Made by a program: the position numbers and the translations under genes. A DNA stretch of 64,000 bases from Podarcis erhardii. Lineage: Eukaryota. The stretch is taken from assembly GCA_964252035.1 (NCBI GenBank), contig OZ176200.1. One strand, 5' to 3'. How positions within the stretch are numbered: the stretch's first letter is position 1; every line of letters begins with the position of its first letter. Shown here in pieces: positions 48,301 to 62,500 of the stretch. Under the pieces are notes generated by a model, which worked only from the letters and a program-made list of their open reading frames with translations, made no database searches and had not been told where the DNA came from.

Positions 48301-51300
48301 AGATTTTTAATGTTTATATTTAATTTATATTTAATTTAATATTTATATATTTTATATAAATATAAATCATATAAAAATAAATATATATAGGTTTTGCCAA
48401 CTGATCTAGACACTGCTGGATCAATGCTATTCAGTTACCTTTCAGGTAAGGAAGCTGTAGCCACAGAGCAAGAATGGCTATTTTCCCAGCACACCTGCGT
48501 GCCACACCTTTGCTGAGAAGTTCAAGAATCTCCCACCTTCACCCAAACCCTGTGCACATCTCATGTCCTTTGCCTGCATTAAAGGCTGATCATGTGGGAG
48601 CTCACACAACAAGATACCACACAGGAGAAGTAGTTAAAACAAATTTACTCTGCCCACCCCCCATCCAAAAGTGAGAAAGGGGTACCTTTAAGAAGCTGCC
48701 TTAAACCAGATCAGACATTTGTCCACCTAGCTCTGTGTTGTCTATTCTGACTAGCTGTGGCTACTCAGTGTCTCAAGCAGGGAGGCTTCCCTACTATGGG
48801 AAATCAGACAAGCCATTGCCCTTGCCCAGAAAAAGGGTAAGAAACATTACCTTTTGCAGGGGTTGGTCTTTTGGGGAAGTCTACGATATCGGTAGAAGGA
48901 TCCTCTGCCGGTTTTTTACCTTGTAGGGAGGGAAACCCAAACAAGCAATATTAGGAAAAGGAACTGGAGAGAGGGAGAATTTCCAAAAGCTCTTCATCAC
49001 CAACACACTGACCCCCGTACTGCTGGCAATAACTGGCAGTGGATCTCCAGTCACAGAGTCTTTGTGCAGTACTGCCACCAGAGATCCTTCTACTGAAGGG
49101 TGGGGAGCCCGCAGTCCTCCCTAGGTTGCTGGCCTCCAGTTCTCATGATCCCTGAGCACTGGGCATGCTGGCTGGGACTGACGGGAGCTGGAGTCCAGCA
49201 GCAACCAGAGGGTCATTGGCCTGATCCAGCAGGCTCTACTTCTGCTCTTTCCACCCCCATCCCACCCTTGCTTTAACTGGAGATTCCAGGAATGAATTAA
49301 TGGATGCAATCTATTCTAAACAATTTACTAACATTTGACTGAACTAAGTACATTGTATATGCTAGGAATGCTTCCTGTGGGGTGGGGGGTATAGAGGAAT
49401 TGTTTGTTATATGTATTTTTAGAAACTGAAAGAAGAACTTTTAAAAATCAGGATTTCTACCACTGAACTATGGTCCCACTCTACCCCACTCTACTCAATT
49501 CAAAACTGCCAAGGCTAGAGAAGCACATAGACTAGCAGCCCTGCACAGCTGTCAAGCAAAACAGGCCTGACTTCTTGCTGTTCCGCACTAACCACGCCAC
49601 ACCAGCATTGAGATTGGGGCCAGTGCTCTCCTGCCTCAGGCAGCTGTTGCACCACACGCCCTGCTCTGGCACCCAGGAAACATGCAGCGTGCAAGTCAAT
49701 GCAATGGTCTTTGGTTAGGGTCCAAGAGGGAGGTTTCCTTGGGAGGCAATACAAACTGAGCATAATAATGCACAGCTGGCGTTCTCCCAATCTGCACCAT
49801 CTACTCTGTTCAAGAGCCGTGTTTTTTTCAAGTTAACTATTGCAGGGTGGGGGAGGAGTGAATCTCGCAAAGACCAGGAGTGGCACAAGTAAGCAGGAAA
49901 GGAAAACAAGCACAGCAGGAAACAGAGAATGAAGGAAAGGGCTCCTCTCGCTGCAGATGTCAGGCACAACGACAAGGAGGTTACTTCGCTGTTTTTTCCA
50001 TGGGCATTATTATCTCTCCCACCCTCTGACATCTCATGATTTCATGTCTCAAAGAGAAAAGGTCAGTTCACACAGAGAGATTACACTCAGCTGAAAATTA
50101 CAGACAAGCGGCAGCTTTCTAACAGGCACCCGTATACAATACATGCATCTCCAAACATGCTTTGTCACATTCACATTTTGCACTTGCATCTGAAAAGGTG
50201 TGGTGCAGGGGAGACCAGCCTGTGACTCCCTAGAAGTTGCTGGACCCCTGGTTCCCACCATTCTTGCCTACTGGGCTATGCTGGTTGGGCCTGACAGGAT
50301 CCGGTAAACCAGAAATAGCTGGATGCCTACAAGATTCCCCATCACAGGCAGATTTTATGCTAGTCCTCTCTGCACCCAGTGCTCCTTTCCTTGAAGGGAG
50401 TTCTTAGGTGCAACCCCAGCAAAATGCAAGACTATGAACTCAGCACTGTCTCCCAAGCAAGGGCAATGTATTCTTCAAACACAGAAGAGTACTGTGTGCT
50501 CGTGCTACTGGTCAGGTTTGGTCACAGCGGCGAGGAGGGCAGAGAAAAGCTTTGGCAGGAGATTGCAAAGTCACATGTTTTATAGAAACAAGTGTGTCCC
50601 GCCCCCGCCCACCCCCTGGGGAAAAAAGCTCAACTCACCTCTCGAAAACCACTCGTCTTTGGGCGGAGGAGGAGGAGAGGGGAGAAGGGAGGCAAGAGAG
50701 CAGAGATGCCAGCAGGATTCACAGGCCATTTGGAAGGAAAGCAAAAGAGAAGGGGAAACAGGCCACAAATTAGTTGAAAACCCCTATCCATCACCTTGAT
50801 TGACACACCAAAAAGACCAGTCATCAGGCCTTGAGAGACAAAAGAGCAGGAGAGCCAGGAAAAGTTACTGCAGCTGTAGAACGCTTCAGTGGAAAAGCAG
50901 CAGCATGTCTTTACGAGGCCAAGGACAACTTAAGCAGCACTCAGAAACATCTCTCCCTGCTGTCCTCTAGCCTGACCCCATCTATGCAAGGCTGGGCAGG
51001 GAACAAGGCAATCCTACCTTTGCCTTTTTTGGCACCAAAGCAGCTGGCTGCATGGGGACCGGTGTTGTTGGCCGCATTGAGGGGCACTTCCTGGTAACGC
51101 TCTGCGTGGGGGATCTCACGGTGCACCTGGTAGGACAGGTTCCTCAGGAGGCAAACACAGTTCTCCACAAGCTGGCAAAAGACAGACAGTTCCTTAAGAT
51201 GGGCATCAAGGTCACAGAAATTCAAGAGGTAGGGAGTTGCGTGCACAAGAATAAGCAAGTACAAGAAAGGTGGAAAAGCAGATGGTAGTGTTCTGCACCT

Positions 51301-54300
51301 TGGGACAAGAATTTGAGGGAAGGGGGGCATCTGACAGCAGCAAAACATTCAGGCTGTGAGCAGGAGCCAATATGCCCTCTCCTCACTGATGGGCACTAAC
51401 AGCAAGCCCTATCAAGATTAGATGCACCAAGGTGTTGCCCGTTGGGAACTGCCTAGTGCAACTGAGGGGGGCCACCATCCGTGAGCCCCACATTGTCCAT
51501 TTGCAGGTGTTGTCTGAATCCAAGCTGTGCCTGCAAACAGACTTCAAAGTCTGTAATCACCAGCCAGCTGCTTACAACAGTCCAGTGGAGCGTTGTCAAA
51601 GCCGGCTTGCTGGTGCGGGATTAATGATCTGGCCCACCAGCTGATCCAGCTCCCCATCCTGATGTAAAAGGCATCAGCTGGGGGGGGGGAGGGGGGGAGA
51701 GACAAGCTGCCTTAGTGCATCTGTGAAACAACCCAGAGACCCAAGTGGAATACCGCTTTGTGAAGTGGCAGCTCCCTACAAAAGGGAAGGCAGGGCAAAC
51801 ATTATGCCCAACTTTACGAGGGTGGATCTGGGGTGGGGAAGAGAAAACAGATACATTTATGTGCTTTATTGGGAATCTCCTCTTTATAAAATGGGAGAAA
51901 TGTTCCTGGTATGGGTGAAAATTAAAGACTCTCCGACTCAAGCCCTGTAAAGCCTCTCATAACCACCTAAATGCCGCTCTCAGAAAAGGGGAAAATCAGA
52001 AGACAGGCAAACACAGCACATGGCATTTGGTGCAGAATAATCTCTCCCTACCCCCAGAAGGGCAAGTGGCAACTAGAATAGGGCTACCTCCTCCCACACT
52101 CCCTTTACCTTGCTGTCTAAATCTTTCTGGCCAATCTCTGCTTGGACAATGTAGATGAGGGCATCCACTAGCCCATCACACTCCCGCAACTTTCGGCGGG
52201 CTTCACTTCTCTCCGAGCTGACATTTCTACAAAAAGAGAAAAAGAAACATTAGAAAGATGGAGACACTATCAGGTAGTGACTGTTAAAGCCTGTCTGCTT
52301 TCCTGTGCTTAAATTTAGGCCACATTTTCACTCTCAAGTCTGTGCTGGGTTTGTGTGGAGATTTCAAGCCTCTGGTGGGAACCGTCAAACATCATGGCAG
52401 AAGCCTTTTCCAGCCTTTTCCTCATACAACCTGCTACACCGTCCTAATCAGGCTGATTGTAGACCTCATGGGCTATCTATTTCAGCTCCAACACTGCCTC
52501 TCTGACTGTCACCCAATTTTATGCTGCTGCAGCAGCAAAAAGAAAACCAAAAAAACACAAGGCAGCAACTTCATCTTGTTCCTTCTCTGTGTGGCCCATC
52601 TTTTAGCCCAGCCAGAATTAGGGGGCAGACACCAGAGTACATTGCTCCGATGACCTGCAGTCAGGAATTCAAGATTAAGGCAAACAGGAGTTCTTTGGTC
52701 TTCTCAAGTTATAGCATCTCCAGTTTATTAGAAGGCACCAATCTCAGCTCCAAGAGTCCAGTCTAAATGGTTCATCTCACTTCTACCAAAGCCTCCTCCC
52801 AATAAGCTGGCAAACATCAGGCTTGTCTTACGTCTGCTAAGAACAGGGCCTTTTGTGTGGTGGCATCCAACTTTGGAATGTGCTCGCCGTGAACATCAGC
52901 CAGGCACCTACAGCAGGGTCACTCAGGTGTCTGCTTAAAGTTCACATGCAGATCAACGGCCTCCAGCACACGGAGCACAAAGGTGTGCCTAGAGGTGCAG
53001 GGCAGCCCCAGCTTACCTAAGGCAGCCAATGGTGTTGGTGAGCACCGACTCCCACTCTATGTGGCGGGGTTTCGAGTCCTCACTGGGCTCCCTCTCCCAT
53101 CCAGAGTGTGGGATGATGACCTCATCCGTGAGGGCATGTAAGGCATTGTCCACAATGGCCATTTTTATCGAGTCGTGAGAGGACAGGTTCCAGAGTGTTC
53201 CTGCGCCAAGAGAAAGAGTTTGCCTGGTCAAGGAGTGCCTGGGAGAGCTCCGATGCCTCCACCTCCACCTTCCCTCCCAGGGCCCAGAAATTACCTGTGA
53301 TGACCTCGGTGAGGTCCATGTCGCGCGCCTTCCTTAGCAGTCGCACCAGAGCAGGGACACCGTCGCAGTTCTTGATGGCGATCTTGTTGTCCTGGTCCCG
53401 GCCGTAGGAGATGTTCTTCAGGGCCCCGCATGCCCCGTAGTGCACCTCCTTCTTGGGGTGGTCCAGCAGCTCCACCAGCACCGGAATGCCCTTCATCTTG
53501 CGCACCTCCGTCTTCACCTTGTCGTTGCGGTAGCACAGGTGCTGCAGGTAGGCCGCGGCGTTGGACTTCACCGCATCCAGGCGGAAGCCCAGCATGGCGA
53601 TCACCTCGGGGAGCTCGGGCTGGCGCCAGTTGGGCGGGGGCGGGCCCCCTTTCTGCAGGCTATCCATGCTGGCTAGGCTGCCCCTCTCGTGCTGGGCCAG
53701 GGGGGCCCAGTAGTACTGGTCTCTAGCCAAATCATCCACCAACATATCCTCGTAACTCCTGCAAAGGAGGGAGGAAGAGAAGCAAGTTACTTTCAGGATC
53801 CGTCAGTCATCCAAAGCAGCTGAACTGCTACAGACAGGAACCAGGCTGGTCTGCCTATCTACAGAAGAGACCTGTGGGACAAGGATTGAGAAGGGGTTCC
53901 ACCATCACCAACCACCTGTTTAAATTTCTTGGTAGGATAAGGTAACGCAGGGACCCAGTCATGCCAAAGCATCCCCACTGCTGCCATGCTAAAAGCTGAA
54001 AGTGTGGCCCAAAAAGCTGTGCCCGAACAGCCAAGCCTCTAGCACAGCCTTTCTCAACCTGTGGATCCCCAGATGTTGTTGAACTACAACTCCCATCACC
54101 CATAGCTAGCAAGGCCAGAGCTCAGGGATGATGGGAGTTGTAGTCCAACAACATCTGGGGACTCACAGGTTGAGAACCGCTGCAAGGAACAGGTGGTGAC
54201 AGAACTTCCTAGTATAACCAAGTAAGAAGGCCCTCTTTCCCTGCATCACCTTGACTTTCCTTTCTTGCTCAAGTTTTCAGATACATAGGTGACCACAAGC

Positions 54301-56864
54301 TCTCGGGGTCAAGCACCCAAGTGCTGGGATTGTCTTGAAATTAGAAGCAGACAATAACAATGACAGCAGCTTACACTAGCACCTTTCGCCTTCTTTAAGA
54401 TATAGACACTTCTCGTATGTTACTGCAGCCTGGCCACCAGAGGGCAACTTGGCACCATCTGTGTCAAACCGCAGGCATTGCATTTTGTAGGTCATCCAAC
54501 CTGCTCCTGCCCCAAACACACCCAAGATTCAGAAGAAGACTTCCAGTGCTTTATTCAGCCAGGCCTTCCGCTTTGCAATACTTCCAGTGTGCAGTAATTA
54601 AGCCAGGCAGACACTCCCGTTAGATTAGATGGTGAGATTTCAAGGACACCAAATTCTGACATGGCACAACTGAGCTACCACACACCCAAGCTGAACACAC
54701 TCAAGATCTGCTTAGGAGCAAATGACTGCAAATGCCTCTGGAGGTCTTACATTTCATGCAGGGTGCTGGCTTAACTCCCCAAGATCCCTTCTAAATATAA
54801 AAGCAAGACCTGCACTGCAAACTTGGCTCAGCCATGAGATTCCCAACCTGTCGCAGTCACCCTCTTCAGAGACACCCTGTACCCTGGAAAGTGTGACTGA
54901 AGCAATAGAAGGTGGGAGGGAGGAGAGAGAAAGAGAAAAGTGGCTAGGTGAAGGTAGGGAAGGGATGAGAGAGAGAGAGTGGTAGAAAAGGTCTCGGGAC
55001 TGTTTTTAACATCCTCAAGGAAAGCATAAGTCCCTTTCATCATGGTGCCACAAGGACAAAATGGTTACAGGGGTCTGTAGCATCAGGATACCTTTTTTCA
55101 CAAACTATTCACATGGCATGAATGGATGCAAGGTCTGCAACATGCAGGAAGACCAATGCTTCCACTGCCTTAAAGGAACAGAACCCTTGCCTCCTCATGG
55201 AAATGTAGTCCCTCTAACACTTGGTTTTCCTGTTAATGGATGCATTTGGGGCCTATATAACTCAGTATACAAGCACAGGAGACAGGACAAGACTCGATAC
55301 CAAGAGCACTTCAGCTTTTGCAACAGTAATATAAAAAGTTTTCAGGTCCTCACAGTCATGGAAGAAGCTTAAACAGTGTCCAAGGAAGGTTTTTAGGTAA
55401 AGATGGAGATGGCCAAGGATCCCCTGACCCTGAGATCAGCCTCACAGGTTTAATGTTCCAGGTGGCTCCACATTCCTTTAAAACATTCTTACTGCTGGAA
55501 ACAGAACTGCACAAGGAGGACCCGGGAAGTCTCACCAGGAACCGATCTCCCACTTTGGGAGCAGAGTTGTGTGTGGCTGGTTAAGCTGTGCTCCATCTCT
55601 CCAATCTGTAAAGCATGCAAAGCTTCCCCAATCCCCATTTAAAATGCAGCAACCTGGATCAGCATCCTCAGCACCAAGTCCCTGGGTCCTTATCTATACC
55701 CATGTGCAATGCATGGTTCTAAAAGCAAGTAAGCCCACACTGTTGATACCCAAACCAAGCGTGCACAAAGAAAGCAATGTCAAGATTACCCAACTTCCTC
55801 CTCCCCCCCCAAAAAAAAATATTCTATCCTGGACACCCACACACCAAGTTGATTACTCATCCGAGACCAAACTCAAGACTTGTTTTGCTTTTGCCAAACT
55901 ACCCCAATGCTTCGCAAACCGAAAGGAGGCAACAAGATGTGCATCTTCGCAGACTCCTTCAGAAATGGGGTCCAGCAGAAACCCCCAGCCCACCCTGCTT
56001 TCAGGGTGTAAACACACACAGTGCATCTCCAACACCCTGTCATTTGTGCCCACACAGATGCACTGCCAAGGACGTACACCTAAGGCCTCCTCCACCCACT
56101 GTCTGGAGTGGTTTTGCACGCATGAATGTTGGGCCAAAGGGGGCCTAATGGGAAGAGCTCCTTCCTTTGCAGCTTCCTTGCTGAATCAACTTAGGGGGAG
56201 CCACCGCTTAGTAGCAAAGCGCAGACTTCACACTAGTGGTCTGGTCCAGGACTGGGGAGCCTCCCAAGGGACAAGGAATTGTATCTACATAGTGGAGCTG
56301 TCATGCTTTACACGTATACGGTCTCTCGAGATCAGGCTCTGGCGCCTGTGGTTAAGAAAAGAAAAGGAAGTGGGTAGCAGCAGCAACATTGGGAGAGATG
56401 CTTGTGCAAGACCAATTAGAGCTGCTGATGGACAACACCAGAGTAGCTGGGAAACCAGCCCAAGTCAGAGGAAGGGACTTCTTCATAACCTCAGCATACT
56501 GCCTGATCTCCATACCCAAGCCTTGGCCAGGAGTGGGATCCTGACAGAGTGGTCCCAAAGCTGGAATGGAGGAAGCAAGTGGTCCCATGGGGTGAAAGAG
56601 GCAACTGAGGAGTGTGTGGCCCCAAGGAATGCCACCTTAAATCATGGGGAGGGCAGAAGGCATAGCCTTCATTTTCATCTTCAAATATTCAAGCAGACAT
56701 TCTGGGGGGTGGGGGGGTGGGACTGCTTGTATGATCAAATTTCCATGTTTTTAAGACGCAGGTGGGAAACCTGCAAAATGCATGCAGCACCTCCCACCCA
56801 AAAAAGTGGAGAGAAAAAGAGACAATAGGGAGGGGGGAGGGAGGGAGGGAGGGAGGGAGGGAGG

Positions 56865-56899
<35 letters not shown>

Positions 56900-59469
56900 C
56901 TTGACTGCTAGTATTCAGCTTCTAACTACTTTCCCACCGAATAAATGTGTTCCTCTGCTCTGAAAATGTTGCTCTGCCCAGCTAATAAGAAGCCAATTCC
57001 CTAGTCATGGTTTGCTCTGATTCAAAGTTAAATGCCTGAATGAGAGTGTACAGGTTTCAAGATTCACCTGCTCTTTAAGCAGAGATGGGAATAATCCAGA
57101 AAGCAACTAGGTTTTAGTCAGTGAAGACTGCAGCTTTGGAAAGGCAGAGCCCCTACTTTCATTGGTTTTAAACAGATTGGTTGCTGAAAAATTTATTTTC
57201 CTCCACTTTGTTTTAAAGTGATTTGTGATTTAACACTGTTGCTTTGGTTTTATTTTGTTGTTTCTATTATTATGTGTGTTTTTAAAAAATCCTGTAAGCT
57301 GCCTCAGAGAACTCTGATTATTGGGTGGCCTATAAATTGCAAACACAAATTAGGGGGGACGACCCATCCCTTATCAGGCAACATGATTTCAGATTTCATA
57401 TCTATATCTGTAGCAAACATTCTTGTCAAGCTGGTTTGTGGTTCAATGTTCTTGCTGAACCTCATGTCATGTTTTTAAGGAACACCAAGAACATAGTTGA
57501 AGTCACATTTGCAGGGCATGATGATTTGAAGAGGAAGGGAACTTATGTTCAAGCAGGACAAATTTGAGTTAGCCCACTAATTTAGCTGTAATGAGAGCTG
57601 AAAGGGTGACTTCTGACTCCTTAATGCAGGCATAGGCAAACTCGGCCCTCCAGGTGTTTTGGGACTACAACTCCCTCATCCCTGACCACTGGTCCTGTTA
57701 GCTAGGGATGTTGTAGTCCCAAAACATTTGGCGGGCCACCGAGTTTGCCTATGCCTGCCTTAATGCCTCACTTCCAATTTTTCAGCATTTTTAACAGCCT
57801 GTATTCTATGAGGAAGCTGCTGTTTTTTATTTTTGTTTTAAAGTGCATTAAGCTTTTGCTTTCATAGATTTTCACAAGTGATTCCTCAGGAGCTGCATGA
57901 TGCCCAGCCCAGTTCCAAAGTACTGCTTCAGACTGGTGGTTTTCAGCGTATATTTTGTAGGAAACCCATCAAGGAAATTTGCTATGGCAAAGCAATGAAG
58001 CTTCCATTACCTCCCTTTCTTGTATGGCCATTGTTGCATGGGGTTCATTCAACAGTGAACATTCAAAACAATAGCACAGCCTGAAAGGCCTGGCCAGTGG
58101 CCTACATAAATATAGAAGGCACCCTAATATCCACTGAAACACAAAAGGACAGGCAAATACCAGCTCCTTATCAGACAAGTCAGTGTGGAAATAAGTCCCT
58201 GAAGGAAGGAAGTTTGAAGACCACTGTGCACCAGACTGCAAGTGTCCAAGCTGCCTTCTGGAGGCAAAGCGCCGTTGACTTGGCAGTTGCTTTCCAGCTT
58301 GAAAACGTGTTCATACAAGACAGTCGCATAGCTCTGGGTTATTTTTGAAACCACAAATACTGTTCCCTACATGCCCTAATCTCTTAGATCACAGAGCATA
58401 CAAGAGACACTCGTCCAAGCTTTAACCCCTCCCTTCTCACTGCATGGGATTCAAACTGGGGCTCTTCAAAAGGCAACACTTGGGCCTGGCAGCTGTTCTG
58501 GGAAACTTCATCAAAACCGTCATATCGTCTCAAAGCAGCAAACCAACCCGTACCGACTTTCCGTGTGAAAATACGAGAGCACAGGGTGGGGGGGGGAATC
58601 AATCCTCTACAGTGGCTTACTGTCAGACCACATCACCTCCTGGTGTTTTTCGTGCATGCCTCAGAAGTTTAGCAGAATGCTTGCAAGTGGGTCTCCTGAC
58701 CTTCATGGCAGATTACTGAGCTAGAGGACACTGAACATACTAAAAGGCTGTTGAGGCCTTTCTTCACAAGGGCAAGCTGCCAAGTCACAATGATTTTAAA
58801 AAAAAAAGTAGTAAAGTTCAGTTCCTTACTCAGAACAAGTAAAGATGTTATCTGGCTAGTTACCATCATAGGAAAGAGAATGGACAACAGACATGCACAC
58901 ACAGCTCAACACAGGAGGTGGCAGCACAAGGAGAGAGCTCAGTCGGTAAAGCATGAGACACTTACCGTTTTTTTCGCCCTATAGGACACACTTTTCCCCC
59001 TCCAAAAATGAAGGGGAAATGTGTGTGCGTCCTATGGGGCGAATGCAGGCTTTCACTGAAGCCTGGAGAGTGAGGGGGGTTGGTGCGCACCAACCCCTCT
59101 CGCTCTCCAGGCTTCAGGAAGCTATCCGCTAGCTGTGGGAGACGCAGCTCTCAAAGTCGCGCGGCTCTCCCACGGCTAGCGGAGAGCTTGCCGGCACCCA
59201 GAAGCTTGGGGCGAGCTGAGCTCAGCACGCCCCAAGCTTCGGGCTTTGCGCAGCGCTCCGCTAGCCGTGGGGCGCTTCCCCCGCCCCAGCCCCACACCTG
59301 GGGGGGGGAATACTTTTTTTTTCTTTATTCCCCCCCCCCAAAAAAAACTAGGTGCATCCTATGGGGCGAAAAATACAGTAATCTCAGGGTTGTGGGTTTG
59401 AGTCCCATGTTGGGCAAAAGATTCCTGCATTGCATGGGGTTGGACTAGATGACGGGGTATAAATAATAA

Positions 59470-59514
<45 letters not shown>

Positions 59515-62500
59515 TACTACTACTACTACTACTACTACCCTCGTAACCCCTTTCAACTCTACAATTCCATGGATTCCACAGAGCCAGTGTAGCAGAGTGG
59601 TTAGAGTACTGGACTAGAACCTAGGAGACCAGGGTTCAAATCCCCAATCAGTGTTGAAGCTCAATGAACATACCTTTGCTCAGGCACTCTCTCAGACTAA
59701 TCTACCTCACACGGTTGTCATGAGGATAAAGATGTGGAAAGGGAAAGAACCATGTATATATACCACCTTGAGCTTCTCGAAGGAAAGGTGGAAAAAATAA
59801 TCAATATAAATAATAAATAGTTTATTCAACCTTTATTTGCTTGCACAAAGCACAGCAATTTCAGAACTGGCAGTCAAACTCCACGCTTGGAAATTCTACT
59901 GGAGCAGCTTTTATGCATCAATGTTAACTGTGCAGGTCACAGGTCAGAACAATACAGCACAGGAAGGAGCCGCTTTTCTATAATCATGTGAGCAAGTCGC
60001 TTAATTGTTCACTCCTCTGGCTAAACTTAAGATGCCACATGCATTAGCAGCAAAAAAAAAGCCTGAGGTTATGGGCATTTTAAGCAATCCTGAGTTTTCA
60101 GGCATTATTTTTGTTATTGTTAAATTTGTATCCCACCTTTCCACCAAATCATGCTCAAAAACAGCATCAAAACATCCCTTTATTGCTCCTGACGAACTCA
60201 TGAAACAGAAACATTTCCACGGAAAAACAAAACACTGCACCATTACCACCTGTCCAGCAAGAGCAGTCCAAACTGGGATGGGGCAGGACTGCAGCTGCTC
60301 TGAAGTAATTTGCGAATCCTCAGGAGATCCTGAACACAGATCTCCTATGCGTTCTTGGAGATCTTGTTTATCTGTTGAGAAGCCAAAACTGGATGAAGTT
60401 GTCCACTGGGCCCAAGCAGCAGGTTTTGCAGAATTTCAGCCTCCCCTAACCCACCCTGCCCTGATGCGTCCTGGGCAATACATCCATTGTTAACATTCGT
60501 GAAGTCAGTCGGGCAAGAGAAGCCATCACTCTGCTCCATCAAAAACTTGCAGAGTTTAGAAGCTGTGCAAGTCAGGCTGAAGACACCACTTCTCCCCTTC
60601 TAGGCCTCAGTTCTGCAGCCAAAGGCTACCACAACCGATTAATGACAAAGTCACCTACTTCAGGGGTTAGTCAAGGTGGTCAAAATTCTTCCTCTCTGAC
60701 AGCAATGTCAACCAGCAAAGGAGTATTAGACAAGATAGTCATTTTACATGCCTTTAATCCATGTACTTTAATCTGCAGAATACTGTATACAGTGGAAGGG
60801 GGTGAACAGAACTGAAATTGTGCTGATGATGAATACTCTGGGTCAACACTGAGCGAAGGACAGGCAGAGACAGAAACTGACCTGAAGCAGCAGAAGACAG
60901 GTAGGAGACCACAGAAGAGGAATGGAAACTATGCTGTGGAGTTTGCGACTATTCAGCTCCATTTTGCCAACTTTTAACAACCCTCTTTCTATCTGAATAG
61001 CTAAGATAAATTATCAACCCTGTGTCTCCACAACAAATCAGGGTATTTAAGTCTGGGTGGTTGGGATGCGGGGTTTTTCAATGGAAGCTGATATTCGCAA
61101 GATCATACTACACCAAAGCAAGGGGACAGGCCTTTACTGTGGGATCAGTGCTTCTCACACACAGAAGTTTTTCGCAGCATCCACACAATGCCGGTGTCAT
61201 CAGCCTACTATAATCTGAATCTCCACCCCATTTACCCTTTCTGGGGGATTTACCCTTTCTGGGTGAAATCAATTTTTTTAAAAATGTTGCCATTGACCTA
61301 TTTGTAGCCTTAAGCCCCCATCTGAAAACACCCATTTGACTGTAAACCTATGCCACCATTAGGCAAACAAGAAAAGAGAAGGTTAAGTCTGGGGTCCTCC
61401 ATGCCGCACTTGCAGACATCGGAACACCCAACTCTTGGTGCCCATCTGGCAACTGCAACCACTACCTACTTTGTTGTTGTTGTTCCTATTTTTTTACACT
61501 TCAGCAGCAGCAGCAGCAGCTGCACTGGCTGGAAAGAGAACTGCCGGCTGCCGGCTGCCAGCTGCCCCACCTCTCCCTTTCCATTTCCCAGAACACCTTT
61601 GGGTCCCATGTAAGCCCAGAGGCATTCTTCACTGGAAAGGAAGAAAGATGATGCAGCAGCCTTCTTTTGAAACTTCTCAGGGGAAAAAAGCCACTGCCTG
61701 CTAAATCTCTGAGATTGGAGAGTGGGCGGCAGATTCCTTTTTTTAGGTTGATACAAGAGAAAGCAAGCATGAATGTGTCAACTTTTAAAAAATCTGTTTG
61801 AGGGTATTTTGCCTGCTCTTTGGGTGTGTTTCTCCGAGGGGGGTGTATGTGCATGTGTCTGCTTTATTTGTTTTGGGGGGCATGTTGCCCATTTTACATG
61901 TTTTAGGTTTTTTTGTTTGTGGTGGGTAAGTTCTGGCTGTTTTTCCTGTGTGAAATGATGATGATGATGATGATATTTATTTCTACCCCGCCCATCTGGC
62001 TGGGTTTCCCCAGCCGCTCTGGGCAGCTCCCAACAGAATATCGAAACATAAGAAAACGTCAAACATTAAAAACTTCCCTAAACAGGGCTGCCTTCAGATG
62101 TCTTCTAAAAGTCAGATAGTTGTTTATTTCTTGGACATCTGATGGGAGGGCGTTCCACAGGGCGGGCGCCACAACCGAAAAGGCCCTCTGTCTGGTTCCC
62201 TGTAACCTCACTTCTCGCAGTGAGGGAACCGCCAGAAGGCCCTCAGAGCTGGACCTCAGTGTCCGGGGTGAACAATGCTAGTGGAGACGCTCCTTCAGGT
62301 ATACTGGGTATTTTGTGGTGACCATGACAGTTTTAGATTTCCAAATATGACCCCAGGCCACACACAAAAAAACTGGTAAGCCCTAGGTTTATCTATTTAT
62401 TTAGTAAGATTTATACACCATGCAAGTATTTGAATCTTGATATAGAGCCCTGAAGCCCCTGGCTCTACACCTGTGAACCAATCACTGCTACCTGTATGCG

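Noticed and set aside
49977-50060. Possible extra CTNND1 exon between exon C and exon 12
   Set aside because: The available acceptor/donor pairs give an in-frame stop (AC ATG AAA TCA TGA) or a 41-nt frameshift, and there is no p120 homology.
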